Sequence record: NZ_CP148139.1
Origin: a plasmid
Length of the DNA: 64,000 nucleotides
Direction: 5' to 3' (one strand)
Notes under the pieces: model-generated
What the model saw: the letters and a program-made list of their open reading frames with translations, nothing else
The model's database searches: none
What the model was told of the DNA's origin: nothing
Part shown: one piece after another, positions 10,804 to 20,133 of the stretch
How positions within the stretch are numbered: position 1 is the stretch's first letter
Layout of the letters: every line of letters starts with the position of its first letter
Made by a program: the position numbers and the translations under genes

Positions 10804-11778
10804 TCACTTACTGGTTGTGTTTGCGCTTACTTTTTCATAATGAATAGAATCAGTTCTTTCATCAGGGCTTTTCGCACTAAGTAATATAAATGTATAATTT
10901 TGTTTACCATGAGTGATGAATAAGTCTGTGCCGCCCCACACTTCAGAACTTGGCTTTTTAGATAAGAGCAAAATGTTATTTGGTAATAATTTGATATCGA
11001 AATGATCGTCATGGTCTGAGCCATTGATGAAGTAATTGAGCTCTTTAACGGCTTCAGATTGTGCAGGTAGGAAAATTTTCACTGCAAAATTACGGTAGAG
11101 ATAGACTTTAGTTTGTGAATTTGGCGCGTATGGGATCGTTAATTGCCTCCCAACGTAGTCAAGATTTTGGTCATTTTCAGTGCGTTTATTTCTTTCTTCC
11201 AATGCTGCATCAAATACGTTTTTAAAGTCTTGTTGCTGTGTTGGAGCCTGATTGCTGTAATACCCATCACTGAGCTCCTGAGCTGCCGGTGCAGGTGGTT
11301 GACCAGTAAAGTTGGTACTTAATGCCTGAGTGTGTTCCACTACTGAAGTAGCTGCTTCGCTAACATGCTCAAGCATGTCATTAATGCTTTGTTCGCTATC
11401 AGATGGATTCTGTTTTTCTGTATCGCCAGAATGTTCCTCTACTGCTTCTGAAAGCGTTTTAGCTACGTCACCTGTAACAGTGTCGGATTTAGCTTCAGAT
11501 GTCGGAGAATCGGTTTTAGCTACGTTCTCGGCACTGTTCGATTCTGGTTCTGCCTCTTTTGGATTGTTAAAAACAGGAATAGAGGTTTCAACGTCACTAT
11601 AATAATTAACATCAATTTCTGTCGCGTCTGTTGCTGGTTTTAGTAAAACAAATGCTGCTATTGCACCCGCTGAAACTGCAACTGCAATCATGGATTTTTT
11701 ATTCAGAAGAAAACCAAGTCCTTTTTTACTTTCATTTTTTTTAGTATTGGAAGAAACATCCATCATTTTGAGCCTCAA
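10804..11778 (-). CDS. Membrane-anchored protein with acidic low-complexity linker and C-terminal globular domain
   Basis: 324 aa; single TM (IAVAVSAGAIAAFVLL); long D/E/S/T-rich segment. Confidence 0.45.
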   Translation of the reverse strand: MRLKMMDVSSNTKKNESKKGLGFLLNKKSMIAVAVSAGAIAAFVLLKPATDATEIDVNYYSDVETSIPVFNNPKEAEPESNSAENVAKTDSPTSEAKSDTVTGDVAKTLSEAVEEHSGDTEKQNPSDSEQSINDMLEHVSEAATSVVEHTQALSTNFTGQPPAPAAQELSDGYYSNQAPTQQQDFKNVFDAALEERNKRTENDQNLDYVGRQLTIPYAPNSQTKVYLYRNFAVKIFLPAQSEAVKELNYFINGSDHDDHFDIKLLPNNILLLSKKPSSEVWGGTDLFITHGKQNYTFILLSAKSPDERTDSIHYEKVSANTTSK

Positions 11779-11855
11779 TAATCTGTGTTACGTGTATCTG
11801 CTATATGTTATAGAATTACACCCTACGAATAGGGCGCAATGGTTCTAAAAGCGGA

Positions 11856-12791
11856 TTACTTTCTTAACAGCAATAATTTATCGGCTATCATTTTTCCATC
11901 CATGAGTGTCAGACGGTCGGATGTTCTGTGACTGTATAGAACTGCATCGTTAGAAAACTTACCTGATGTGACTAGAAATACATGCTTAAATTCGGGTTCT
12001 GCTTCTAGTACACCAACCATTTCACGGGCGATAGCAACACCTACATTGTCAGATTTCCAGTGTTTGCATTGAGCGAAAACTTTAATTCCATCACGTTCCA
12101 TAATGATATCTTTCCCACCATCTGGACCATAATTAGTGACAGTAGCTCTGTACCCAAGGCTGTTGAATAACTCTCTTATAAATTCCTCAAATTCTCGCCA
12201 TGATAATTCTCGGATAAATTGCAATGCATCTTCATGATAGGTGGCATTAAAAAGTACCTTTTTAAACATAGTTTGTTGTTTATAACGAAAATACACACTT
12301 GCTGAATAAGCCACGAGCAGGAATGCAACGCAAGAGCGTAATATATGGAATGTATAATATGTACAAACTGGGATATTCCTCAGAGAGAATAATTTATTCG
12401 CACTGCTTTGCCCGAAAACATCTGCATATGCTGTTTTTATATCTCCCCATATCAGTTGTATGATTTTCGTTGTTATCACATGGTCATAACGAAGAAAAAA
12501 TACAGTTATTGTGGTAACAGCAATTATCACTAATGCAACTTGAGGGTTTAATAGAGGGGCATTTCTTTTGATTCCCACTGAAGCCCATTCAGGTTTCTTT
12601 TTCTTGTGTAACCGCAATATTTTGCTGCTAGGTGACAATATATAAACAGCAAATAAAGGTATTACTAAAGTTAAAACTCTCGCAATAGAATCAAATCTAA
12701 GAAATACCAGAGTGGTCATATAGAATATAAAAGCAATATTCATATTAGTTACATAGGGATTTCGTTTCTTAAATCTACGCTTTCTTCTCAT
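11856..12791 (-). CDS. Polytopic membrane protein fused to Mrr_cat-like restriction-endonuclease-fold domain
   Basis: 311 aa; 4-5 predicted TM helices; C-terminal GPDGGKDIIMERDGIKVFAQCKHW (D...E.K core of Mrr/NucS-like fold). Confidence 0.5.
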   Translation of the reverse strand: MRRKRRFKKRNPYVTNMNIAFIFYMTTLVFLRFDSIARVLTLVIPLFAVYILSPSSKILRLHKKKKPEWASVGIKRNAPLLNPQVALVIIAVTTITVFFLRYDHVITTKIIQLIWGDIKTAYADVFGQSSANKLFSLRNIPVCTYYTFHILRSCVAFLLVAYSASVYFRYKQQTMFKKVLFNATYHEDALQFIRELSWREFEEFIRELFNSLGYRATVTNYGPDGGKDIIMERDGIKVFAQCKHWKSDNVGVAIAREMVGVLEAEPEFKHVFLVTSGKFSNDAVLYSHRTSDRLTLMDGKMIADKLLLLRK

Positions 12792-12808
12792 TACAACATT
12801 CCAATTTA

Positions 12809-13378
12809 CTAAAATAGTAGCTGTGTCACAGTAAGTAAGGCTCCGTTCGGAGTGATATGTATTCCATCCTTTGTGCGAACTGTTGTCCCATCTATGACAT
12901 CCTTGTATGTTTCACCAAGAACCGTTCGTGTATCTACGGTGGTGATCCCCTCTATCTGCGAAGCCGTCTTTATGGCTTGCCGAGTGTTATCTAATAGTCT
13001 GTTTTTGGCGGGGTCTTTAAGGGTTGGAGGAAGTAACCAGATCACATTTTGGTTTCTGGCTTTTATGGTTTGGATAAAATGCCGAACTTTAGAGGTGTAC
13101 TTTTCTTTTTCTGATATTTGAACATGGTCGTTAGTACCGAGAATCACATAAACGGTATCGTATTTTTCAAAACTGAATTGCTCTGCGTATCTCTGCCAAT
13201 CAAGGATCTTCTTTGTGGATAATCCGCTACCTACTTTGTATCGAGCATCAACAGCTTGGATTGTGCTGTACCCTTTAGCTATCTCATAGGTAAGTGAATC
13301 TCCTATAAAAACAGGTTTGCTGTATGACATAGAAGAAAATAAAAGGGAGCTGATTACTGAGATTTTATAAATATTCAT
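12809..13378 (-). CDS. Secreted SGNH/GDSL-family hydrolase
   Basis: 189 aa; signal peptide; GDSL block FIGDSLT; GTND block; DGIH near C-terminus. Confidence 0.6.
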   Translation of the reverse strand: MNIYKISVISSLLFSSMSYSKPVFIGDSLTYEIAKGYSTIQAVDARYKVGSGLSTKKILDWQRYAEQFSFEKYDTVYVILGTNDHVQISEKEKYTSKVRHFIQTIKARNQNVIWLLPPTLKDPAKNRLLDNTRQAIKTASQIEGITTVDTRTVLGETYKDVIDGTTVRTKDGIHITPNGALLTVTQLLF

Positions 13379-13718
13379 TGCAACCCATATCAGTTATAAG
13401 CCAAATCTCACTACTTTGACTTGTGTTCTTTTTAAGCAATATCGAGCATGGTATAGATGCCATATCAATTTTTATTAATGTGTTGCCACTCCCCTTCACC
13501 TCATAGAGTTGCTTTATTTCGTTGGATTCAAGACCAGTAATCTCTCTTGCCAGTACATAGGTATCAGCTACTCTGTCGAAGCCACCAGAACTGACATGCT
13601 TATCTTGTGCGGCTTGCGTCACAAGATGCTCGTGTGTAGTGATCGCCCCTGTGGTAGAACCACAAGAGGATAAGAAAAAGCAAACTAATGCGATACAGCT
13701 TCTATTTATCCCCATCAT
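13365..13718 (-). CDS. Hypothetical lipoprotein
   Basis: 117 aa; LSSCGS lipobox; overlaps neighbours by a few nt (operon-like). Confidence 0.4.
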   Translation of the reverse strand: MMGINRSCIALVCFFLSSCGSTTGAITTHEHLVTQAAQDKHVSSGGFDRVADTYVLAREITGLESNEIKQLYEVKGSGNTLIKIDMASIPCSILLKKNTSQSSEIWLITDMGCNEYL

Positions 13719-14451
13719 TCCCCTCTGCCGTTTGAGCTTCAGAAATTACTTTTAAGCTATTCTCCCCTATATCAAAATCGCTTTTCATAAACTCAAGTGT
13801 AAAAGCCGTGGCTAAATACCGGCTTATCAAAAGTTCCTTTTTAACAAGCCCTCGCAAATGCCGTGGAGTTCCAACCGCATTTTCAAAAAAACGTGAATCC
13901 CATGAGTGATCCCTGTTATCGCCAAGAACAAAAACATATCCATCAGGGATTACCCATTGTGTATAAATTGGCTTAACGAATGGTTTACGGTTATCAATGA
14001 CGTACTCATATTGTTGCGCATTACGTTCCTGAAGCGCCTGATAGGTACTCGTATGGTCATTATGAAGGTTTAGCTGCCCGATCATCCTTCCGTTGATCTG
14101 GACCGACTTATCATCGGTATAAGTGACAGTATCGCCAGCCAATCCGATAATGCGTTTTACATAAATGAATGAAGGGAATGCAGGAGCTCGGAAAATCACG
14201 ATATCCCCACGCATCAATTGCTCTTTTTGCGCATCAACCGGCTTTGCAAAAATGAGATCACCAGCTTTCAATGTCGGTGCCATAGAGGATGTAGGGATAA
14301 TGTAATAGTCCAATAGGTAGGATTTAACGGACCATACAATAAGTGAAATTATTACCAAACTGACAGTATAAAAACTAGGCTTACGTTTACGATATACGAG
14401 GTAAAGAATTCGTAGGATAAGTGCAATAATAAGGGTACTTATGAAGTTCAT
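13702..14451 (-). CDS. Signal peptidase I (LepB/TraF-like S26 peptidase)
   Basis: 249 aa; SSMAPTL Ser motif, VKRIIGLAGD Lys box, GDNRDHSWDSR box. Confidence 0.75.
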   Translation of the reverse strand: MNFISTLIIALILRILYLVYRKRKPSFYTVSLVIISLIVWSVKSYLLDYYIIPTSSMAPTLKAGDLIFAKPVDAQKEQLMRGDIVIFRAPAFPSFIYVKRIIGLAGDTVTYTDDKSVQINGRMIGQLNLHNDHTSTYQALQERNAQQYEYVIDNRKPFVKPIYTQWVIPDGYVFVLGDNRDHSWDSRFFENAVGTPRHLRGLVKKELLISRYLATAFTLEFMKSDFDIGENSLKVISEAQTAEGNDGDK

Positions 14452-14531
14452 GACCTTCAGCCTTCAGAAATCAAAAAGGCAATGTACCCGTTATGTAGTA
14501 TCTTTTTTCTTAGTAAACAGTCATAAAAGTA

Positions 14532-14954
14532 TCACTTTCTATTTTGATGGTGCATGGTTATGGCTTTCAAATATCCATAAAACCATAACATATTAAAGTG
14601 GCTACTTATTTTTAAAGGCAAGAAATAACATATAGTTTCACTGGAAAAAATAAGATATCCCATCTTATTATCTATTGCTTTAAAACTAATTGAATCAATA
14701 TTGCTTTTAGAGTGCTTAAAATAGATGTGATAGCAATTCACATAAATTGCAATAAGAAAGAATGATGCTAACACCTTAGATAATTCAATTAATGCTATGC
14801 ACTCTATAAAATCTCCAATTACTGAAATTAATACAATAAATATTAATATGGAAATATCAATTATGTTTTTTCTGCGTATTAATAAATACGCTGGATATAC
14901 ACAAGCAACGGTAAAAAAAATAATCTGAATGAAAGAGATGTATTTATTCTTCAT
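14532..14954 (-). CDS. Small polytopic membrane protein
   Basis: 140 aa, 3-4 TM helices; overlaps upstream gene by 11 nt. Confidence 0.4.
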   Translation of the reverse strand: MKNKYISFIQIIFFTVACVYPAYLLIRRKNIIDISILIFIVLISVIGDFIECIALIELSKVLASFFLIAIYVNCYHIYFKHSKSNIDSISFKAIDNKMGYLIFSSETICYFLPLKISSHFNMLWFYGYLKAITMHHQNRK

Positions 14955-15954
14955 TAGACCACCATTCAGGAGCTGCTAATGAATCATCTGAAACTTTCCA
15001 ACCAAAGTTAATCAACATTTTCTTTATATTATAAGGTTTATCCATAAAATAGCTCATGTGGGTTTTATTGTTCTTTGTGACCTGCCCTGCTGCCCTAACT
15101 GAAGTAATACCAATGTAGGTCGTTAAATCTGCAAGTGTATAACCTAAATACGTTACATCTGACAATTCTTCGATACGCTTATTTTCATGAATAGTGTTTA
15201 GTATGCCCTCTAATTCTGATTTAACAAACATATACAATTGTCTGCTATCACTACCGGTTATTTCTTTCCTTTCATCGTAGTGGCTATTATGAACATTCTC
15301 ATTATCCTTGTTATTTTCAAGCCACCAATTAGGTGCAGATAAATTATTGTTGGTAACAACCCATCCATGATTAATAAGAACAAGCGCATTATTAAATGTA
15401 TACTTTGAAAGTTTCAATTCATTAACTTCAGACAAAAAGATTGCTTGTTTATCAATGCATTCTAAAATACCAAGATCTATTAACATTGCGGTAATAGATG
15501 ATTGATTTCTATGTATTTTATCTGCGATTGAGCTTAGGTTCATCTTGTTTTGTATCATGGAGATAACTATATGAATTTCCTCATTAACCCATACTGTTTC
15601 ATTACGATTCAATTCGATAGTGTTGCTCATAGGGAACTGATCATTACTCACCCACCACTTGGGGGATTTAAGAGATTCCTCCCTATTTGATAACTCATAT
15701 ATCCATCCAAGTTCTAGTAATTTAGGAATAAATGATGAATGAGGAATGAGGTAGTTTAAATTAGTACTCCTAGCCGTACATATCTTATTATCCTTGTGAT
15801 TTATTTCACACAATCCCATATTCAATAATTTAGAGAGGACATCATTTACACTACGACCGGTATATTTGCATGTTTTTTCAATGAAGAATGGCTCGTCAAT
15901 CGCCCCAATCAACTTTGTTATTTCGGAACAAGTCCATGTGGTTAGGTTTCGCAT
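14944..15954 (-). CDS. Hypothetical protein with three tandem ~95-aa repeats (HTH-like segment + G-W...P-x-WW motif)
   Basis: 336 aa; repeats end in LLELGWIYELSN..SPKWWVSN / LINHGWVVTNNNLSAPNWWLEN / LINFGWKVSDDSLAAPEWWSNEE. Confidence 0.5.
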   Translation of the reverse strand: MRNLTTWTCSEITKLIGAIDEPFFIEKTCKYTGRSVNDVLSKLLNMGLCEINHKDNKICTARSTNLNYLIPHSSFIPKLLELGWIYELSNREESLKSPKWWVSNDQFPMSNTIELNRNETVWVNEEIHIVISMIQNKMNLSSIADKIHRNQSSITAMLIDLGILECIDKQAIFLSEVNELKLSKYTFNNALVLINHGWVVTNNNLSAPNWWLENNKDNENVHNSHYDERKEITGSDSRQLYMFVKSELEGILNTIHENKRIEELSDVTYLGYTLADLTTYIGITSVRAAGQVTKNNKTHMSYFMDKPYNIKKMLINFGWKVSDDSLAAPEWWSNEE

Positions 15955-15974
15955 AACTATTTAACTCAAATCAT

Positions 15975-16793
15975 TTAAAATGGTATAATATTGGCATGGT
16001 CATAAGCTATTTCATTGAATGTGTCTTTGGATATAATTTCAGTTTTAATACGTTCTAACATTGCCAGTTGATCCCATATTACTGTAAAATCATCTGAGCT
16101 AACATGATTATTAGTATATATATTATGAAATGCGTCTTTAAGGTTAAATATATTAATGTTGCTTCCATGCGAGTGTGTATTTATACCAAGGTAGTTAATC
16201 AACCACTGAATTTTGATAAGTCTAACGCAAAGATCTACACAGTATCGACTAACTTCATATTCTCCAGAAGCGAAAGATTCTGCATGTAATACAAGTTCCT
16301 CATATAACTTTAAAAACTCAAGGCTTTCTATCTTTGCTCTATGTTCTGTCAAAATGTTATAAATTTTAACTGTATTGCTATCTAAGTCATTTTCTTCAGG
16401 AAAATATAGCGTTACCTTTTCTTGTTCACGCCAGTTTGGTTTTTTATTGTTTAATTCTAATTCCACGTATTTTTGAAGCCAAATATACTTAATTGATTTA
16501 CTTGTTATAGATGTGTAGAAAACAAAAAATGGTACATTAAATAACAATGCATATTCTATAGTTTTGACGGGGAAATCTGGCATTTTAACACTACCATTAA
16601 AAATTTTTTCAGTGCCTTTGGCTTGTACAAAAAAACAGTCTCCTGTCGCTTTTTCGTTCTTAAATACTTGAATCATTAAATCGATCCCATAGTCACGTTC
16701 ACCTATGGTATGGACAACCCAATCTTTAGCTGGAACCTTCACATTGATAAGTGCATTTGCTTGAGAGTCGGTTACATGCGATTTACTTCTCAT
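15975..16793 (-). CDS. DUF4365-like restriction-endonuclease-fold protein (N-terminal E-D-GID...QAK core)
   Basis: 272 aa; GERDYGIDLMIQV...FFVQAKGTEK. Confidence 0.45.
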   Translation of the reverse strand: MRSKSHVTDSQANALINVKVPAKDWVVHTIGERDYGIDLMIQVFKNEKATGDCFFVQAKGTEKIFNGSVKMPDFPVKTIEYALLFNVPFFVFYTSITSKSIKYIWLQKYVELELNNKKPNWREQEKVTLYFPEENDLDSNTVKIYNILTEHRAKIESLEFLKLYEELVLHAESFASGEYEVSRYCVDLCVRLIKIQWLINYLGINTHSHGSNINIFNLKDAFHNIYTNNHVSSDDFTVIWDQLAMLERIKTEIISKDTFNEIAYDHANIIPF

Positions 16794-16806
16794 AATTCAT
16801 CCTTTG

Positions 16807-17760
16807 TTAGTATTGAAGGTTACGTGCAGCAGCCTCTAAGCGCGTTACACCTCGTTTATCATATCGCTGTGTAGTAGCGACACTACTGTGTCCCATCGCT
16901 TCTCTGACAGTAAGTAGGTCCTCACCGAGTTCTAACAGCTTAGTAGCATAGGTTCGGCGGCAATCATGGGGTGTGAATGACTCTAATTCTGAATCTTTCA
17001 CCAATTTATCAATAATATACCGTAAACCATCGGTTGTTATTCTATCGCAAGTCACATCATCATTTTTACGAATACGGGTGAAAACTGCACCGGAATGATC
17101 TCCCCTAACAGTTTCAATCCATAAGCGAGTGCGGCGGAGGGTATCACTTGGCATAAAATTAGTTCTTTCTTTGTTACCCTTCCCCATTATTTTTACGGCG
17201 TAGTTATCAAAATTGATATCTTCCATATCTAACAAAGTGACTTCAGCACGGCGCAAACCGCATCCGAGCATCAGTGAAACAATCGCTGCATCACGTATAG
17301 AGACTGCGGTGTTTAGGCTATCAAGATGCTGATAAATTTGCGTTATTTCACTACTACTCAGTGAACGCCCTCTACCAATACGGTTCCCACGAATGCGACG
17401 TATGCTTCTAATATCCTGATATGTATCGCTATCTATGGCTCGTGATGCTCTGGCTTCTTCAGCAACCCCTTTAATCGCGCTCAGGACTAGGTTGATACTA
17501 TTTGGGGTCTTTTTCTCCAGTATTAACTTCTGAAGTACCAATTGGACCGAATCCCGATCCATAATGGACCAGTCAAACGTGAATGGGTCCTTAGAACGAA
17601 ACAGCCTGACCACCGACACGAGGCAGGATCGCATTGTCTTTTGACTTTGTTTGGAACGCAGCCGTAGCAAATAGCTGGTTGCTGGATTGTTGGTGTTTTT
17701 CGTCATGTTATTTACATCAACAATACTTGTTACAGTGTCACGTAATATTAACTCTCCCAT
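16807..17760 (-). CDS. Tyrosine site-specific recombinase (integrase/XerC-D family)
   Basis: 317 aa; C-terminal HDCRRTYATKLLELGEDLLTVREAMGHSSVATTQRY with catalytic R..H..R...Y. Confidence 0.8.
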   Translation of the reverse strand: MGELILRDTVTSIVDVNNMTKNTNNPATSYLLRLRSKQSQKTMRSCLVSVVRLFRSKDPFTFDWSIMDRDSVQLVLQKLILEKKTPNSINLVLSAIKGVAEEARASRAIDSDTYQDIRSIRRIRGNRIGRGRSLSSSEITQIYQHLDSLNTAVSIRDAAIVSLMLGCGLRRAEVTLLDMEDINFDNYAVKIMGKGNKERTNFMPSDTLRRTRLWIETVRGDHSGAVFTRIRKNDDVTCDRITTDGLRYIIDKLVKDSELESFTPHDCRRTYATKLLELGEDLLTVREAMGHSSVATTQRYDKRGVTRLEAAARNLQY

Positions 17761-18054
17761 TACCGCCCTCTTTGGTGTAGAAAATTAGTGTAAAAATTAT
17801 CGTTGATTCTGGTGCGTCAAACAGCAATACCTATCGAAAACCTAAAAAGATTTTACGCTACTACATTAAACGTATATTTAACCGAGTAAAGGGTAGCACA
17901 GGTATTTATCATCGAATAGCTAAAATATCGGTATTAGTACGCATTAAAAGGCTTGCAATCTTTAAATTGTTGTATAATGAAATTACGTTGTAAGTTCATA
18001 AAACTAATAATGATTTTTACATTACTAATTACCTAACTGTTTCGGAGAGGGATA

Positions 18055-18324
18055 ATGTCAGCGGTAAATGACTTGGGCTTTGGTTTGGTTATTACATTTT
18101 GGATCTGTCTAGCATTCGTCATGTTATTAGTTTACATATTCAAATCCGATTTTAATAAGAAAGCCGTGAAAGATGGAAAGCGATATAGCCAGTTAAAAAT
18201 TTATCGAACCATCGAGCGAGATTATAAAATTCTCTACGTACTAGGTGATGAAAGTTACAGTATTGAAGTAGATAAGGATTATTACGATGCGGCTATTGAT
18301 AGATATAATCAGTCGATGAAGTGA
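18055..18324 (+). CDS. Small membrane-anchored protein
   Basis: 89 aa; one TM. Confidence 0.3.
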   Translation: MSAVNDLGFGLVITFWICLAFVMLLVYIFKSDFNKKAVKDGKRYSQLKIYRTIERDYKILYVLGDESYSIEVDKDYYDAAIDRYNQSMK

Positions 18325-18359
18325 TATTCTTGTAAACTCTACAATTAATTAAAGAGGTT

Positions 18360-18617
18360 GTGATGAATTTAAAAAAACTAGAAATGGTAATCAGTCTTGT
18401 ATTTTCAATAATGGTTTTTATTTTATTTGGTATGTTTCTATTTGAAGGTTCAATTCGATTAAATGGATTCTTCTTTGTTCTATTATATATTCTATCTGGT
18501 GCAAATATCTTTTTGATTACCTATAACCAAAATGGAGCAACAAGCAAAGTTATTGCCTACTTAGTAGCTTCAATTTTGTTGTTAATCCTGATTTTTGCTT
18601 TGATATTCGTTCTTTAA
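18360..18617 (+). CDS. Small integral membrane protein
   Basis: 85 aa; 2-3 TM. Confidence 0.3.
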   Translation: MMNLKKLEMVISLVFSIMVFILFGMFLFEGSIRLNGFFFVLLYILSGANIFLITYNQNGATSKVIAYLVASILLLILIFALIFVL

Positions 18618-18715
18618 ATTTCTACAAGTTTGTCATAAGTAACTAAATTTAATGTATTTCGTTTTTTTAGTTTAATTCTGAAATATATTTGAAATTCAAA
18701 GAGAGATAGATATAC

Positions 18716-19174
18716 ATGATTAAACAAATCTTTCGGTTTATAATTGGGGATAGATTTATCCCTTTGAAAAATATAGATAAAAACGATTTTAATCGACTTT
18801 CAGATTTTGAGTCAGTAGAGTGGCGAGTCAGAGTTATCCAAAATGGGGGGATTTATAAAAGGGAATGGCAGAAACGCCTTGATAATGAAAGGGAAGGAAT
18901 AAAAACAAAACCGAAAATCAAACCTGAAAAGATTAAAATATCAAGGAAAGATTACGAGATAATATCTAAAATCACTGATGCAGGATATATTATTTTAAAT
19001 TTTCCGGCAGAGGACAAAATAGGTCGATTATCTAATGTTGATAGGATTCTGTTAGACCATCTTTCAAATGAAATTAAAATTGAATTATTAAATTCAAAAT
19101 TAAGTCTTACTAACCTTGATGAAATCGAATATCTACATTTGGCTGTTTTTTTAGATAATGTGGTAATTCAATAA
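18716..19174 (+). CDS. Hypothetical protein
   Basis: 152 aa soluble ORF following two small membrane ORFs on the same strand. Confidence 0.35.
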   Translation: MIKQIFRFIIGDRFIPLKNIDKNDFNRLSDFESVEWRVRVIQNGGIYKREWQKRLDNEREGIKTKPKIKPEKIKISRKDYEIISKITDAGYIILNFPAEDKIGRLSNVDRILLDHLSNEIKIELLNSKLSLTNLDEIEYLHLAVFLDNVVIQ

Positions 19175-19493
19175 AATATTTTTCCTTAGAGGCTGTTGTT
19201 AATTATAGGTTGATTTGTTTGTTATATTGATATTAATAACCGTTTTATTGGATAAATTCTTTATTAAGAAAGCAAAAAACATAATTAAAATATAGTATTA
19301 TAATTTTCAATTAACAGTATGTCTCTTAATAATAATCTGCTAATATTGCCTTGGGTGCTTGAATCGTTTTGGTTCGAGCATAGCCAAGAGCCAAAAAGAC
19401 GAAAGCCCCGAATTAGGAATATTCCTTAACTCGAGGCAGTCTACAAACGTTGCAATTTGATTCTGTCTCCTTTTACTCAAGGAGTCAAGAGAA

Positions 19494-19634
19494 ATGAGCA
19501 AATTTGCCCTGATAGGGCTGATTACTGTGTGTATCACAGTTCTGTGCTTCTCTTTGTTAATGCGTGATCGTTTATGTTCACTCAATTTTACAAGCGGAGG
19601 TACGGTGGTTCAGGCAACACTATCATGTAATTAG
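19494..19634 (+). CDS. Hok/Gef-family type I toxin (SrnB/PndA-like), not in ORF track (46 aa)
   Basis: aaggag SD then ATG; MSKFALIGLITVCITVLCFSLLMRDRLCSLNFTSGGTVVQATLSCN closely matches the SrnB/PndA pattern (YALIGL..VC.TVLCFSL..R.RLCEL......TVVQ); hairpin terminator follows. Confidence 0.65.
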   Translation: MSKFALIGLITVCITVLCFSLLMRDRLCSLNFTSGGTVVQATLSCN

Positions 19635-19635
19635 T

Positions 19636-19690
19636 AGTGTTGCTTTTGTGGGGGGAAACCCCCACATTTTCTCTTTTACAGATTACGATG
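19636..19690 (+). terminator. Stem-loops/terminator after the hok-like gene
   Basis: caacactatcatgtaattagtagtgttg hairpin and ggggggaaaccccca hairpin followed by T-rich tract. Confidence 0.45.
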
Positions 19691-19722
19691 GGTTGGTGAT
19701 ACAAGCACCCTTTTTCGGTTAG

Positions 19723-20103
19723 CTATGGCTCACTCTTTTTGCTATCAATCATACCACTTTCGTTGAATAGATAGATAAGCCAGTATATTAAATATAATGC
19801 TGTTGTAATCATGCCGATATTGATCATCAATAATCCGAATCGCGGTGTATTATTAATATCAAACAGTAAATCATCCCTGAGAAAATAACTAGAGAGTAAA
19901 AATACAACTGATATACCAGAATAACCAAAAGCCAATTTGAATAGTCTTGACTTCGATTTAGCGAAAATTATTATTAAAATTATAAAAAATAAAACATAAT
20001 CATTTACTGTGAAAATAACATCTAAAATAGAGTTTAATGACGATACGGCATTATCTAAAGGAGTTTGATTACCTGTTGCTGTGTGTAGTGTCTCATTTTC
20101 CAT
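19723..20103 (-). CDS. Small membrane protein
   Basis: 126 aa, 3 TM. Confidence 0.35.
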   Translation of the reverse strand: MENETLHTATGNQTPLDNAVSSLNSILDVIFTVNDYVLFFIILIIIFAKSKSRLFKLAFGYSGISVVFLLSSYFLRDDLLFDINNTPRFGLLMINIGMITTALYLIYWLIYLFNESGMIDSKKSEP

Positions 20104-20133
20104 TCTATCCCATAACCCTTATAAGTATTATAT

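Noticed and set aside
19340-19585. 81-aa minus-strand ORF
   Set aside because: It overlaps the much better supported plus-strand hok-like gene and its SD on the opposite strand. Probably an artefact, though a Sok-like antisense RNA is expected in this region.
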